A DNA stretch of 64,000 nucleotides from a virus (lineage: Duplodnaviria > Caudoviricetes). The translations under genes and the position numbers were made by a program. The notes under the pieces are model-generated. The model made no database searches and had not been told where the DNA came from. It worked only from the letters and a program-made list of their open reading frames with translations. The DNA lies in the IMG/VR virus record IMGVR_UViG_3300003320_000853; one strand, written 5' to 3'. This document shows positions 28,271 to 38,070 of this stretch, in pieces (within the stretch, counting starts at the first letter, position 1; every line of letters begins with the position of its first letter).

Positions 28271-29037
28271 CGTCCCCTGCCCCTGCGGAGCAACTCGGCC
28301 TTCTCCTTGGCATAGCTCCTCCCCCGCTTTGCCGTCTCCCGCCGCTGATCCCGCTGCCCTGAGTCTCCAGGCAGGAGGAGGGTCGGCTTGACCGGCTCTG
28401 GCTTCGGTGCTGGGGGCGGGAGATCGGGCTCATCCCCGAAGACGTCGCGAAGCAGATGATCGTATGATGTAGGATAGCGCTCCCGGCGGCGAGCTTTCGA
28501 GCGGAGCTTTCCCTCCAGCTTCTCGACGGCCTTGGGGTGCGTGTAGGGCTCGATCGTGTAGGGGAACCACGCACTCGTCACCTGACGACACGCGGGGCAC
28601 GTGGTGACCCCTGGTCCCACGGGGAAACGATCGGTCCGAATTCCACACACGTATCTCCGGCACAGGGTAACGACGTCGGCCGTGGGAGCCATGTACCGCC
28701 AGTCGTTGATCCTCAACCATGAGATGGTATGGGTCTCCCCGTCCAAGGTCGCGACGCACGGCGTGATGTCCGCGATGTTCCGCTCAACAAGGACGTGAGC
28801 ACCTACGGGAAAGTGTTCGAGCCTTGTTGCGGTGACGAACCGCAGCACCATCGAACTGTAGGTCTCCACCTCGACCATGTACGGGCCCTTCTTCCCCACC
28901 GACCCGACCCGGACTGCCTGGAGAATTGGCGAGGGATCGCGATCAAGCGGCAGTGCAAGCACATCCGCCCGGGCTTCCTCAAATTGCTCCGTTCCGAGCC
29001 AGCGGAGGGGGATCTTGAAGCGCCGGGGGTTCTTCAT
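28267..29037 (-). CDS. Hypothetical protein with CxxC motifs and internal tag (PTSYDHLLRDVFG)
   Basis: Start at ATG 29037, 13 nt from GGTGTA. Confidence 0.65.
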   Translation of the reverse strand: MKNPRRFKIPLRWLGTEQFEEARADVLALPLDRDPSPILQAVRVGSVGKKGPYMVEVETYSSMVLRFVTATRLEHFPVGAHVLVERNIADITPCVATLDGETHTISWLRINDWRYMAPTADVVTLCRRYVCGIRTDRFPVGPGVTTCPACRQVTSAWFPYTIEPYTHPKAVEKLEGKLRSKARRRERYPTSYDHLLRDVFGDEPDLPPPAPKPEPVKPTLLLPGDSGQRDQRRETAKRGRSYAKEKAELLRRGRGR

Positions 29038-29050
29038 GGCGATCCAAGGG

Positions 29051-29067
29051 TACACCAAGCCGGTGTA
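29051..29067. promoter_or_regulatory. Divergent GGTGTA promoter pair
   Basis: TACACCAAGCCGGTGTA between ATG 29037(-) and ATG 29077(+). Confidence 0.7.
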
Positions 29068-29076
29068 CGATCCAGC

Positions 29077-29598
29077 ATGGCTCCCGCCGATGAACCTGAC
29101 CCGCTGGATGTCGACCTCTGCGACATGATCGAGCGGGAGGTGAGCCGGGAGAAGGCGGAGTGGGCCCGGAGGTTGCTCCGCGTTCGGCCGACCCCGGGCC
29201 TCGTTCTGACGCCGGGTCTATGGCTTCGGGGCCCCAAGGATCCTCCGAACAGGATCCGCATCGAGGTTGTGGCCGTCGGGAGAACGCTGTGCCGGGTCTT
29301 GAGGATGGGCGACGACGAGGAGGTGAACATGGATACCTCGACGCTTCTCCGGTTCCGTGAGACCATCGTCCCGAAGAGCGTGCCGCCATCATGGTTGCAT
29401 CCTGGGGTTCACGTCATCGACCATTGCTCGGCGACGCGGTTCACGGACCGCTGGATCGTTCGCACCGTCAAGGAAAGCTTTTTTACGGCACGCCACCATA
29501 TTTCCGGGGTTGCCACCTCATGGGACACGGAAGACGATTACTACCGGGTCGCGCCGTTGCGTACCGCATGGGAGCGCCTCGACGACGACATGGTGTAG
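29077..29598 (+). CDS. Hypothetical protein with C-terminal tag (RTAWERLDDDMV)
   Basis: GGTGTA 9 nt upstream, tag. Confidence 0.7.
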   Translation: MAPADEPDPLDVDLCDMIEREVSREKAEWARRLLRVRPTPGLVLTPGLWLRGPKDPPNRIRIEVVAVGRTLCRVLRMGDDEEVNMDTSTLLRFRETIVPKSVPPSWLHPGVHVIDHCSATRFTDRWIVRTVKESFFTARHHISGVATSWDTEDDYYRVAPLRTAWERLDDDMV

Positions 29599-29607
29599 TA
29601 ACACGAG

Positions 29608-29808
29608 ATGGAAGCGTATATGACCAGCGAGGGAAAGGTCTTCCTCGTCGTCGGGGAGACGGATGGTGGGGTTCTGACCGTGGAGCTGACGCAGAAACCT
29701 GTGGAGGTTTCTACATGGGCGCTCCGCAACGCTGGGATCAAGGAATTGCGCCAAGATTCCGCGATCTTTCAGGCAAGGGTCGCGACCCGCATCGGGAAGA
29801 CGAGATGA
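29608..29808 (+). CDS. Small hypothetical protein
   Basis: GGTGTA 10 nt upstream. Confidence 0.6.
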   Translation: MEAYMTSEGKVFLVVGETDGGVLTVELTQKPVEVSTWALRNAGIKELRQDSAIFQARVATRIGKTR

Positions 29809-30443
29809 TCACGAAGCAAGACGAAATCGACGCGAAGAAATACCTCCGGGAGACGCCCGAGGAAGATCAAGCCTTCGGGTGGGTCTCCGACGGGAAGCTC
29901 ATGCGCGGCGGGGCCTTTCGGTTCATGCCCCTTCTCGCTTGGATCGTCGATCCTCCGAAGGTCGAATCCGCAGAATCGAGGATCGCGGATCCTGAGCTGG
30001 CGAAGATCGATGCTGTCGTGAACCCTCACCAGACACGGATCATCACGCGGAAGCTCGCCGTCTCAGGTGCTCTTCTCAAGATGGCCGAGGATGTCTCGGT
30101 GGGGATGCTCGATTGGGCGCTCCCGATCACGGAGAACATGGTGCCGAGGATCGCCGACGTTCTCGCGACCTTCGGGTGGGATCAGCGCGTGTGGCCGGAT
30201 GACGCGGGCTGGCCGGACGAGACGCCCGACAGGGAAGGCTTCATCGGCCTCATGATGAAGCGGCGGCTGAACGCGACGTTGACCTTTCCTCCGGGGCCGA
30301 ACGGCAACCGGGTGATGACGGTCAACGTGCTCAAGGTCTCGTCGCCGTTCCCGCTGCCCCCCGTTCTCGTCGAGGAGGACCGCGTGATCGCCTCGCCCGA
30401 GCTGGTCGAGAAGTTTCGATCCCTGACGGCAGGTCTCTTCTAG
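29805..30443 (+). CDS. Hypothetical protein (MITKQDEIDAK...)
   Basis: ATGA overlap, GC3-rich. Confidence 0.65.
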   Translation: MITKQDEIDAKKYLRETPEEDQAFGWVSDGKLMRGGAFRFMPLLAWIVDPPKVESAESRIADPELAKIDAVVNPHQTRIITRKLAVSGALLKMAEDVSVGMLDWALPITENMVPRIADVLATFGWDQRVWPDDAGWPDETPDREGFIGLMMKRRLNATLTFPPGPNGNRVMTVNVLKVSSPFPLPPVLVEEDRVIASPELVEKFRSLTAGLF

Positions 30444-30445
30444 GC

Positions 30446-30955
30446 CTACTCGTCGTCGGCCAGGAGATGCTCCCAGGCGTTCTGGGGCTTGCCCACCACG
30501 GCCTTCGTGAGCCGTAGAAGCGGGAAGTCCTCCTTGAGGCGCGGGCCCGTGTCGAGATCCCGCACCCCCACCGAGCAGAGATCCACCATTGTATCGTTCG
30601 AGATGTCCCGGACCGTCACCAGCCAGAGTTCTTTGCGCCTCTGGATGAAGATCGCGGCCCTCCAGAGGAAGAGCTGGCCGGTGACCGCATCTTTGGCCCC
30701 CGTCGCAACCTCGAAGGGTTCGGCGCTGAGATCGACTTTGGGTCTCTCCCACCGGAAGTGCGTCGTCGAATGGTATACCCCGCCCACATCGGTGATGGGC
30801 GTAGAATCCCACCGGATCTGGCCGGCGTTCGCGGCCTCGTAGGCCCGCAAGGCATCGTAGACGTCGATCCTGGTCTCGTGGCACGTGACGTCGCCCCGCT
30901 TGAGAGAAGCTCCCGGGCTGAGGAACTGCGTCCTCTCCTTGGGCGGGTCGAGCAT
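30446..30955 (-). CDS. Hypothetical protein with C-terminal tag (PQNAWEHLLADDE)
   Basis: Start assigned to MLDPPKE (uncertain), tag. Confidence 0.6.
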   Translation of the reverse strand: MLDPPKERTQFLSPGASLKRGDVTCHETRIDVYDALRAYEAANAGQIRWDSTPITDVGGVYHSTTHFRWERPKVDLSAEPFEVATGAKDAVTGQLFLWRAAIFIQRRKELWLVTVRDISNDTMVDLCSVGVRDLDTGPRLKEDFPLLRLTKAVVGKPQNAWEHLLADDE

Positions 30956-31058
30956 GCTCCGGCGACCGCCCTGATCCCGCTTGACAGAAATCCGGCCGGT
31001 TGCGTCTCCGACTTCGAAGGTCCGCACCACGATGGACTGCGGGCACTGTTCGTGGAGA

Positions 31059-31409
31059 ATGAGCACTGGACGTCGGCTCAGATCGAGGATCATGGGGAAG
31101 AATACACCGGAGCGGTGTATCTGGGGGTTGATGTGGTGGAAGGTCGAGCACGAGTTCGTGATCTCTCGGGTCGCGATCCGCACCAATTTCGTCGTCGAGC
31201 AGACCAACGGCGAGTGGATCTTCTGGCGCCCCTTCAAGAACGGCAGGAAGCCTGAGAAACGGTTCCGCGTGATCGGCGACAACAGTACGATCCGGGCCGC
31301 GATCGTCGGCGATTGGTTGGTCCGTATGGAGGAGCCGGCATGGGCGAAGACCCTCTACCGGCCCACGGCGTGGGAACATCTCGAAGGAGATCCGTTCGAG
31401 GCGGTGTAG
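31059..31409 (+). CDS. Hypothetical protein with C-terminal tag (RPTAWEHLEGDPFEAV)
   Basis: Tag, start uncertain. Confidence 0.65.
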   Translation: MSTGRRLRSRIMGKNTPERCIWGLMWWKVEHEFVISRVAIRTNFVVEQTNGEWIFWRPFKNGRKPEKRFRVIGDNSTIRAAIVGDWLVRMEEPAWAKTLYRPTAWEHLEGDPFEAV

Positions 31410-31418
31410 AGCCGACCC

Positions 31419-31985
31419 ATGAACTGGGTCGAGAACATGGTCGAGCAGGCATGTCGCGGGCTATCGAAGATGGCCCCGGCGCACAGGGTGATCACCCGAG
31501 GGGACAACGAGCCGTACCTGGAGCGGTTCTACTTCGTCCGGCGAGAGTGGATCCGTGACTGGTACAAGCGACGCAACAAGGAGACCCCATGGTTCGTCGC
31601 GTGGATCCCTTCCGTGTACCTCCACCACTTCCTCAAGGGGGATGACGAGGAGGAGCTGCACAACCATCCTTGGCTGCGCAGCTACGCCCTCATCCTGACC
31701 GTTGGCTATCGGGAGGACCGACGCATGGGCAACGTGGTGGTGAGCCGCATCCTCCGGCCCGGGATGATCAACGTCATCCGGGCCGAGGACTTCCACAAGG
31801 TCGAGCTGCTCGACAAGGAACGCGGCGTGTGGACGATCTTCATCGCCGGCAAGCGGAACGAGGACGAGTCATGGGGCTTCTGGCACCCGGTCACGAAGCT
31901 CTACCAGGACTGGAGGCTCCATGTGTCGAACCGGGAGCTGAAGAACAACGTCGTCTGGCGCGGCTCGAAGGTCGGGGAGGCGTAA
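31419..31985 (+). CDS. Cupin-fold (His-triad) phage protein
   Basis: YLHHF..D....LHNHPW..GY.E..FHKVEL..WTIF, GGTGTA 10 nt upstream. Confidence 0.7.
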   Translation: MNWVENMVEQACRGLSKMAPAHRVITRGDNEPYLERFYFVRREWIRDWYKRRNKETPWFVAWIPSVYLHHFLKGDDEEELHNHPWLRSYALILTVGYREDRRMGNVVVSRILRPGMINVIRAEDFHKVELLDKERGVWTIFIAGKRNEDESWGFWHPVTKLYQDWRLHVSNRELKNNVVWRGSKVGEA

Positions 31986-31986
31986 C

Positions 31987-32211
31987 ATGCCGGAGAAGGA
32001 GACAGCCTCGGAAGAGCCGAACCTCACCGACTACTGGAACGACGTCGACAAGAGCGGAAAGAGCGCGCCACCGGAACCGAAGATTCTCTCGGCTGGCGAG
32101 ATGCTCGACCGAATCTACCGGAGCATCTCTGCGTTCTGGGCGATCGACCCGCCATGGTCGGGGGATAAGTTGGAGCGCTACCAGAGCGTTCTCAACCTGC
32201 ACACGACCTAG
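31987..32211 (+). CDS. Small protein with N-terminal tag (EPNLTDYWNDV)
   Basis: GGAGG RBS, tag. Confidence 0.65.
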   Translation: MPEKETASEEPNLTDYWNDVDKSGKSAPPEPKILSAGEMLDRIYRSISAFWAIDPPWSGDKLERYQSVLNLHTT

Positions 32212-32960
32212 AAGGGATCCTCATTGAGGAGACGCTCCCAGGCCGTGGGGTAGAAGATGTGTGCCTTCTTCGGGGGCGGTCCTTGCCCCTGCGCATACTT
32301 CGCGAGACCGGCCAGGATCTCACGATTCTCTTGCTCCTGAATCTGCCGCGCTGCTTGAGCTGGAGAAATCCCCAGAGACGGCCGGCGGGTCCGGATGTCA
32401 TCCATCCGGACCATGGGGTTCGCCTCCAGGGGGAGTTCGGGGGCGTGCACGTAAGAGGGCTCGAACTGGAGCGCCTGCTCCCCACATGGATTTCGCGGGG
32501 GATTGAACCCTTCGATGGAGACCCGATCCATCTCCTGGAAGAGTTGCTCTTCTTGCTGCCGTTGGAATCTGCGGACAGCGTTCTCGTTGAAGTGCCACTG
32601 CCCCGGGAGCTCCTGCATCTGCCATCCGTGCCCCTGCACGTTGGGTCCCACCTGTGCCCCCATAGAGGTCTCCGACGGGTACGAGAGGCCAATCCCCATA
32701 TAGGTTTGGCGGATCATGTGCTCGGTATCTTCCTGAGCATTGAGGATGCCATCCACAACGGAACGACCGACCGTTCCGGGTCGGAGATCGAGTTCGAGGC
32801 CCGCAGCCCTGGCGTGTTGCTGGAGAAGTCGGAGCGTTTCTGCGTTCGGGGAAGGGAGCGGTACGACGTCTCGCCACCAGGGGTGTTCCCTGATGGGTCG
32901 ACCGTGGGGGTCGACGAGATGATCGTGGCGCGGGCCGTGAACGGTTCGGACAGGGGGCAT
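32208..32960 (-). CDS. Hypothetical Q/P-rich protein with C-terminal tag (YPTAWERLLNEDPF)
   Basis: GGTGTA 9 nt upstream, tag. Confidence 0.7.
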   Translation of the reverse strand: MPPVRTVHGPRHDHLVDPHGRPIREHPWWRDVVPLPSPNAETLRLLQQHARAAGLELDLRPGTVGRSVVDGILNAQEDTEHMIRQTYMGIGLSYPSETSMGAQVGPNVQGHGWQMQELPGQWHFNENAVRRFQRQQEEQLFQEMDRVSIEGFNPPRNPCGEQALQFEPSYVHAPELPLEANPMVRMDDIRTRRPSLGISPAQAARQIQEQENREILAGLAKYAQGQGPPPKKAHIFYPTAWERLLNEDPF

Positions 32961-33038
32961 GGGGGGTTCTACACCATGGGCGGAGAATAGGCTTCCGCAA
33001 CCCTCAAAATTGTCCTCGCCCGGTGTAGATGCCGGGCC

Positions 33039-35327
33039 ATGAACCCTTTCACGAATCCTGCGCCTCGCGATGGAGTGGCCATCGAGATGGACCCCGGGAA
33101 GTTCTACGCCCTCGTCGACATGATCGAGAAGGTCAGTACGACAGGGCGCCCCGTGGCTCTCGACGCTTTCGCCTCAAGGCTCGACGCCGCCGCGAAGGAG
33201 ATCGACGACGAGGTCGAATCTCTCGCCAAGGCCAACAGAGCCATGCTCGCGGAGATCCGGCAGACGACTCGTCGCCGCAATCCTCTGCTCCCACCCGACG
33301 AAGGTGACGACCCCTTCGAGGATCTCCGCCATACGTCTGGGGGGCAGAACTTCCTCCGCGTCATCTTCGACGTGATGCGGGGCATCCAGCACGGCTTCCG
33401 CCAGATGAAGCTCCTGACTCGGGAGTGCCGTCCTGGCGCCCTCGTTCTCATCGGCCAGAGGGTCAGGACGATCCGCTCAATGGAAGACCTCCAGGTGCTC
33501 AACACGGAGGTCTCTCTGAACAAGGCGACCGTCACACGCTTCGTGAACGGACTCCTGACGGTCGACCGCGCCCGCGAGGAGGTCGTGATGCTGGGTCGTC
33601 TGCTCGCCGAGCGGCTCGACGACTACTACCAGGTGCTGCTCAACCGGCACAGCGTGCAGGGCATCGAGATCCACAACGATCCCGTCGTGACCGACATCGC
33701 GATGTCGATCTTCGAGAACGTCGACGCTCACGGCGAGGTCGCCGAAGACGGCAAGAATCCGGACGAGCTGAGCGCATACTCGATGCGCAAGGCGAAGATC
33801 ATGGCCGAGGCCGTCCGCCACGGCATGATCGACGATTTCGTGAAGAACCCAGACAAGCTCATCTCGTACCTGACGAGGCACCTCCAGGCGATCTGGGATC
33901 TCACGGAGTTGCTCGACGATATGTACCGCGAGCAGATCAGGGATCTCCGTGCCATCCTCGGCATCACCGACGAGACCCGGGGCCTGTCGATGTCGAAGGC
34001 GTCCTTTTTCGAGGCGATCGAGATGCTTCGTGACCTCGACCCGAGAACGATCGTCTTCAAGGAGAAGACGGGTCTCCTGACGCCGGAAGAGCGCTACGAG
34101 TTGCGCTTCCGGAACGCCACGCTCGCGACCATCGTCTCCATGCTCCGGGGTGAGAACACTTCGGACGAGCTGATCCAGTTCATCCTCGACCGCAAGGCGG
34201 AGTGGCGCCGCTACCTCACCGAGGAGAACTCGTTCTACGTCTGCAAGGTCTCCGCGGGCAACCCCTTCCTCGGCGAGGCGCCGGGCGAGCTGAAGGTCGT
34301 CCCGGGGACGAGGCCCAACGTCCGCCTGGACGAGATCCTCGGTTCCGGGTTCGACCAGGTGCGGGCGCACTTCGCGACCATCGAAGCGTCCGCCACGTTC
34401 CACGATCTCTTCGTGGCGACCTCCCCTTCGAAGTCCGGGGACAAGAACCATGTGCTCCTCGTCGGACCGCAGGGGTGCGGCAAGAGCGAGGTCTTCCGCG
34501 CCGTGGGCGGAGACAAGAAATCGGCCGGCATCTTCGCCGTGGGTTCGGACTTCCTGACGTGCTGGAAGGGGGAAGCCGAGAAGAACCCGAAGAGGCTTTT
34601 CGAGGCTGCCATCAAGATCCAGCGGGAAGGTGGCAAGCACGTCCACATCATGATCGACGAGATCGACACGATCCTGAACAAGGACACGGGTCGGGACTCG
34701 TTCGGCGCGACCAACCTGACGACCGAGTTCCAGAACCTCATGGACGGCGTCGTCCACTACCCGCACATCTCCGTGTGGGGTGCGACCAACCATCCGGACC
34801 GGATGCCGATGCCCTGCATCCGGCGCTTCTCCAAGGTGCTCATCGTCGGCGAGCTGACGCAGGCCGATCGCGTGCTGCTCCTCAAGAACTTCGCCAGCCA
34901 CATGACCATGGATCCCATCGGCGATCATCTGTGGGATGCACTCGCGAAGAAGCTCGTCGGGGCGACGGGCGACGTCATCCGCAAGGTCGTCGACCACGTG
35001 TGGCGCACCAAGATGACCACCTTCACCGAAGTCAAGCCGGCCGAGGCGAAGAAGCTGATCGAGGAGCTCTCCAACGGTACGAAGTTCTCGATCGCCGAGT
35101 TCACGGCCGAGAAGCGCGCCGCCCTCCACGAGAAGCTCCGGGAGCACAAGGAGGCCGTTCTCACGGGTGAGGATCTCGCCCACTCGATCGACGAACACCT
35201 CGACAACGTCGCGATCCACAACGAGATCAAGACCGCCGTCGAGACCTACGACCGGGCTCGGGCCTTCCTCTCCGCGATCCAGGCCAAGCGCCTCCAGAAT
35301 GGGGCCTCGCTCACCGCCGAAGCGTAG
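33039..35327 (+). CDS. AAA+ ATPase (classical clade) with long helical N-terminal region
   Basis: Walker A GPQGCGKS, pore loop TCWKGEAEK, Walker B IMIDEID, sensor GATN, Arg finger RRF, GGTGTA 11 nt upstream. Confidence 0.9.
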   Translation: MNPFTNPAPRDGVAIEMDPGKFYALVDMIEKVSTTGRPVALDAFASRLDAAAKEIDDEVESLAKANRAMLAEIRQTTRRRNPLLPPDEGDDPFEDLRHTSGGQNFLRVIFDVMRGIQHGFRQMKLLTRECRPGALVLIGQRVRTIRSMEDLQVLNTEVSLNKATVTRFVNGLLTVDRAREEVVMLGRLLAERLDDYYQVLLNRHSVQGIEIHNDPVVTDIAMSIFENVDAHGEVAEDGKNPDELSAYSMRKAKIMAEAVRHGMIDDFVKNPDKLISYLTRHLQAIWDLTELLDDMYREQIRDLRAILGITDETRGLSMSKASFFEAIEMLRDLDPRTIVFKEKTGLLTPEERYELRFRNATLATIVSMLRGENTSDELIQFILDRKAEWRRYLTEENSFYVCKVSAGNPFLGEAPGELKVVPGTRPNVRLDEILGSGFDQVRAHFATIEASATFHDLFVATSPSKSGDKNHVLLVGPQGCGKSEVFRAVGGDKKSAGIFAVGSDFLTCWKGEAEKNPKRLFEAAIKIQREGGKHVHIMIDEIDTILNKDTGRDSFGATNLTTEFQNLMDGVVHYPHISVWGATNHPDRMPMPCIRRFSKVLIVGELTQADRVLLLKNFASHMTMDPIGDHLWDALAKKLVGATGDVIRKVVDHVWRTKMTTFTEVKPAEAKKLIEELSNGTKFSIAEFTAEKRAALHEKLREHKEAVLTGEDLAHSIDEHLDNVAIHNEIKTAVETYDRARAFLSAIQAKRLQNGASLTAEA

Positions 35328-35350
35328 TCCTCTTGTCCCAAGGCGGGATC

Positions 35351-35668
35351 ATGGAAGAACTCGATCCCGCCATCCTCACCCCCGGCATCCGCAAGACCGT
35401 CCTCTGGCTCCGCGAGCACGGCTTCGACACGACCGACTCCGGTGACGGGGTCACGAATGTCGAGGCGGGCATGGAGGACGCGCTCGACATCCCCCACGTG
35501 CACATGGTGATCTCAACGCGTAGGATGGTGAGCGCAGCCAGGGACCTCTACGACCTCTTGTTGAGCCGCAAGATCGCGGTCGACCATGGAACGATCCAGT
35601 CGACATACGACCCCGTGAGCGGAGTGGCTACCCTCTCGCTCTACGGGGTCGACGATTCGATGCTCTGA
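35351..35668 (+). CDS. Hypothetical protein
   Basis: PGIRxTVxWLRxxGFxTTDSGDG motif. Confidence 0.7.
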   Translation: MEELDPAILTPGIRKTVLWLREHGFDTTDSGDGVTNVEAGMEDALDIPHVHMVISTRRMVSAARDLYDLLLSRKIAVDHGTIQSTYDPVSGVATLSLYGVDDSML

Positions 35669-36898
35669 TCAGCCCTCTTTCGCGCACGCTGCCGCCATGG
35701 CGGTCAGCTCGGCGGAATCGAGCTTGATGCTCTTGGTCTCGCCGTTCTTGGCGCGGATCTCCGAGGAGGAGAGGTCGAGCCGGAAGTCGACGGGGATGAA
35801 AAGGCTCGTCCGGCCGAGCACATCGGCCATGTGGTTGCTCATCACCCGCCCGCAGACCAAGAACTCGGTCCCGACGAGGCGACCGGGCACGAGGAAACGG
35901 GTGCCGATGCTGGCGAACTCGTCGAGCATCGGCCGGATCTCGAAGCCCCACTTCGGGTCGAGCATCCGGTCCATCGCGTCGGCGCCCATCACGAAGTGAG
36001 CGCCGGGGAACTTGCGCGCCTTCTCCAAGAAGCGGGGGTCGCCCTCGGTCACGATGAAGTTGTGGCCCTTCATGAGCTTCGCCCGCTGGAGGCACTCGGC
36101 CGTCGAGAGAGCCGGTTTGTGGGGCGGGTTCACCGTCGTCGAGAAAACCAGCGTCCGGTGCTCCTTCTCGACGGCCAGCGTCTCCAACGAGGCCGCGCCG
36201 CTCTGGAAGTGCCCCTCGTGCGGCGGGTTGTACGCGCCGGGGTAGAAGAGGGTCTTCTTCGGGTCGATGGCCGTGAGCGGGCCGCGGGTGCCGTCCGCCT
36301 TGAAGAACGGATGGGCCATGAGCCGATCGTGCGCGAGGCTGTCGACGCAGCGAAGCTCGACTTTGCATCCCTCGAAGGTGGGAGCTTCGCTCTCGACGCG
36401 GGCGCTGAGGTACCAGGCGATGAGCTCGGACGCGATCTTGTCGGACAGCATGCCGTCGAGCTTGCGCTGGATCTCTCCTTCGCCCTTGGGGATCACAGTG
36501 GAGATCACCCAGCACCCTTCATCGGAGAAGATGGACGCGATCACCCGGTGATCGCCGTGCTTGTGGGCGACCTTGCTCGCGACGGAGCACGTCATCCCGA
36601 AGCCGATGGCCCGGCGGCCAGGCTTCCAGGCGCGCATGTAGGCTGTCATGGCGAGGTCGACCGCCGTGTTGACGCTCACGTACTCCGGCCGCCCGCGGGG
36701 AGAGAGGTCGGGCGTGAAGCCGAGCAGGTTGCTCGTCTCCTCCATCGCGTAGGGCATGGCTGCCCCTACGAAGAAGTTGCTCACGCCGGGGACCTCCCAG
36801 ATGAGCTTCTGGAGGCCGGCGCCGGCCCCTGTGCAGATGGCGAAGAAGAGGGGCGCGGTGTCGCCCTGGTCACGGAGATGCTCGAAAGGGTTGGTCAT
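35669..36898 (-). CDS. CinA/PncC-like domain fused to HxGH nucleotidyltransferase (NadD/NMNAT-like)
   Basis: CTGAG..PGVSNFF..PYA (CinA_C-like), PGAYNPPHEGH, FVMGAD, DLSSSEIR. Confidence 0.78.
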   Translation of the reverse strand: MTNPFEHLRDQGDTAPLFFAICTGAGAGLQKLIWEVPGVSNFFVGAAMPYAMEETSNLLGFTPDLSPRGRPEYVSVNTAVDLAMTAYMRAWKPGRRAIGFGMTCSVASKVAHKHGDHRVIASIFSDEGCWVISTVIPKGEGEIQRKLDGMLSDKIASELIAWYLSARVESEAPTFEGCKVELRCVDSLAHDRLMAHPFFKADGTRGPLTAIDPKKTLFYPGAYNPPHEGHFQSGAASLETLAVEKEHRTLVFSTTVNPPHKPALSTAECLQRAKLMKGHNFIVTEGDPRFLEKARKFPGAHFVMGADAMDRMLDPKWGFEIRPMLDEFASIGTRFLVPGRLVGTEFLVCGRVMSNHMADVLGRTSLFIPVDFRLDLSSSEIRAKNGETKSIKLDSAELTAMAAACAKEG

Positions 36899-36901
36899 GT
36901 G

Positions 36902-37189
36902 TCAGTCCTTGAGGTTGATGTCGCGGGTTGTACCGTCGGGCAGCTTGAAGGTGATGACGTCCCCCTCCTGGACGTCGATCTCATCCTTGAACCACTCGAT
37001 CGCGTCCTTCACCGCCTCGTCCAGGGTCGGGTAGGGGTCCGAGTACGGGCAGAGACGGCTGGGGTCGCTGTTGTAGCTATCCGACCAGCCCTCGGGCTCG
37101 TACCGGAACTGCCCCTTCGTGGAGTCGATCTGGTCCCAGTCGTACTGGCCCTCGTCCACGAAGAAACGGATGGGGAGGATGTCGCTCAT
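36902..37189 (-). CDS. Small acidic hypothetical protein
   Basis: ORF, TTGTAG variant motif upstream. Confidence 0.65.
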   Translation of the reverse strand: MSDILPIRFFVDEGQYDWDQIDSTKGQFRYEPEGWSDSYNSDPSRLCPYSDPYPTLDEAVKDAIEWFKDEIDVQEGDVITFKLPDGTTRDINLKD

Positions 37190-37273
37190 GGCCGGTCTAC
37201 AAGCTCGGCCCGGCCAGGATCAATACACCGACCCCCAGGTTGATCCATGTACGGCCCCCGCTGTAGGAACGGC

Positions 37274-37561
37274 ATGCCCTCCAAGTTCCCCTACGGCCAG
37301 CTCGTCATGACCACGAACGCGATGGAAACCTTCTCCGCTGCGGAGAGGCTTGCCTCCCTGAACCGTCACCTGTCAGGAGACTGGGGCGCGGTCGCGACGA
37401 CCCCGGATGGGGCGGCGAACGATCAGGCCCTCAAGACGGGCGATCGGATTTTCAGTGTGTACAAGTTTCCCACCGCGAAGACGAGCGTATCCCGCACCCT
37501 CTGGATCGTCACCGAGGCGGATCGCTCGGTGACGACGCTGCTCTGTCCCGAGGACTACTAG
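37274..37561 (+). CDS. Conserved plasmid/phage GDWG-motif protein
   Basis: RHxxGDWG...NxxALxxGxRIFSVY...WIVTEADRSVTTLLxPEDY. Confidence 0.8.
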   Translation: MPSKFPYGQLVMTTNAMETFSAAERLASLNRHLSGDWGAVATTPDGAANDQALKTGDRIFSVYKFPTAKTSVSRTLWIVTEADRSVTTLLCPEDY

Positions 37562-38070
37562 AGCCACCGGAGCGCGGCAGCGTTGCAGACCAAATGGGCG
37601 GTGTTGTCCACGATGATCAAGAGCCACACGGTGAGCCAGAGGTCCCGTCCCTTGAAGTAGCCGGTGCCCGAGCACTCCGACCATGGGTGGTTGTGGATCT
37701 TCTGCGGCGCATGGTAGACCATCACCCCCTTCCCACAGCTCCAACAGAGAACCTCACGCTCCTTGTCTTCGGCCTTGCCACACGCGGAACAGACCCATGC
37801 CTTCGGCACGTCGATCCATCGGGGGGCGAGGAAGTTCTTCGCCCACACGAGGTAGCGAGCGAGCCGGAATCGGTCGATGAGGAAGTGCGTCCCCGCGATG
37901 AAGAGGAGCGCCTTCCAGCTCGTCGTGAGGAACAGGAAGGGGATCGTGTAGGTGAGCGCGTGAGCGAGCGCCGGGACGCTGCTCTTCGTCTTGTTGACGG
38001 CCATGTAGTCCGATTGGATCGCGTAGTCGCCCACGAGGTGACAGAGAAGAATGTCTGCGGTCAGGAACAT
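37558..38070 (-). CDS. DUF3307-family membrane protein with inserted Zn ribbon
   Basis: HLVGDYxxQ, H..Y, THFLID, DNTAH motifs, CSAC..CWSC insert, GGTGTA 10 nt upstream. Confidence 0.8.
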   Translation of the reverse strand: MFLTADILLCHLVGDYAIQSDYMAVNKTKSSVPALAHALTYTIPFLFLTTSWKALLFIAGTHFLIDRFRLARYLVWAKNFLAPRWIDVPKAWVCSACGKAEDKEREVLCWSCGKGVMVYHAPQKIHNHPWSECSGTGYFKGRDLWLTVWLLIIVDNTAHLVCNAAALRWL

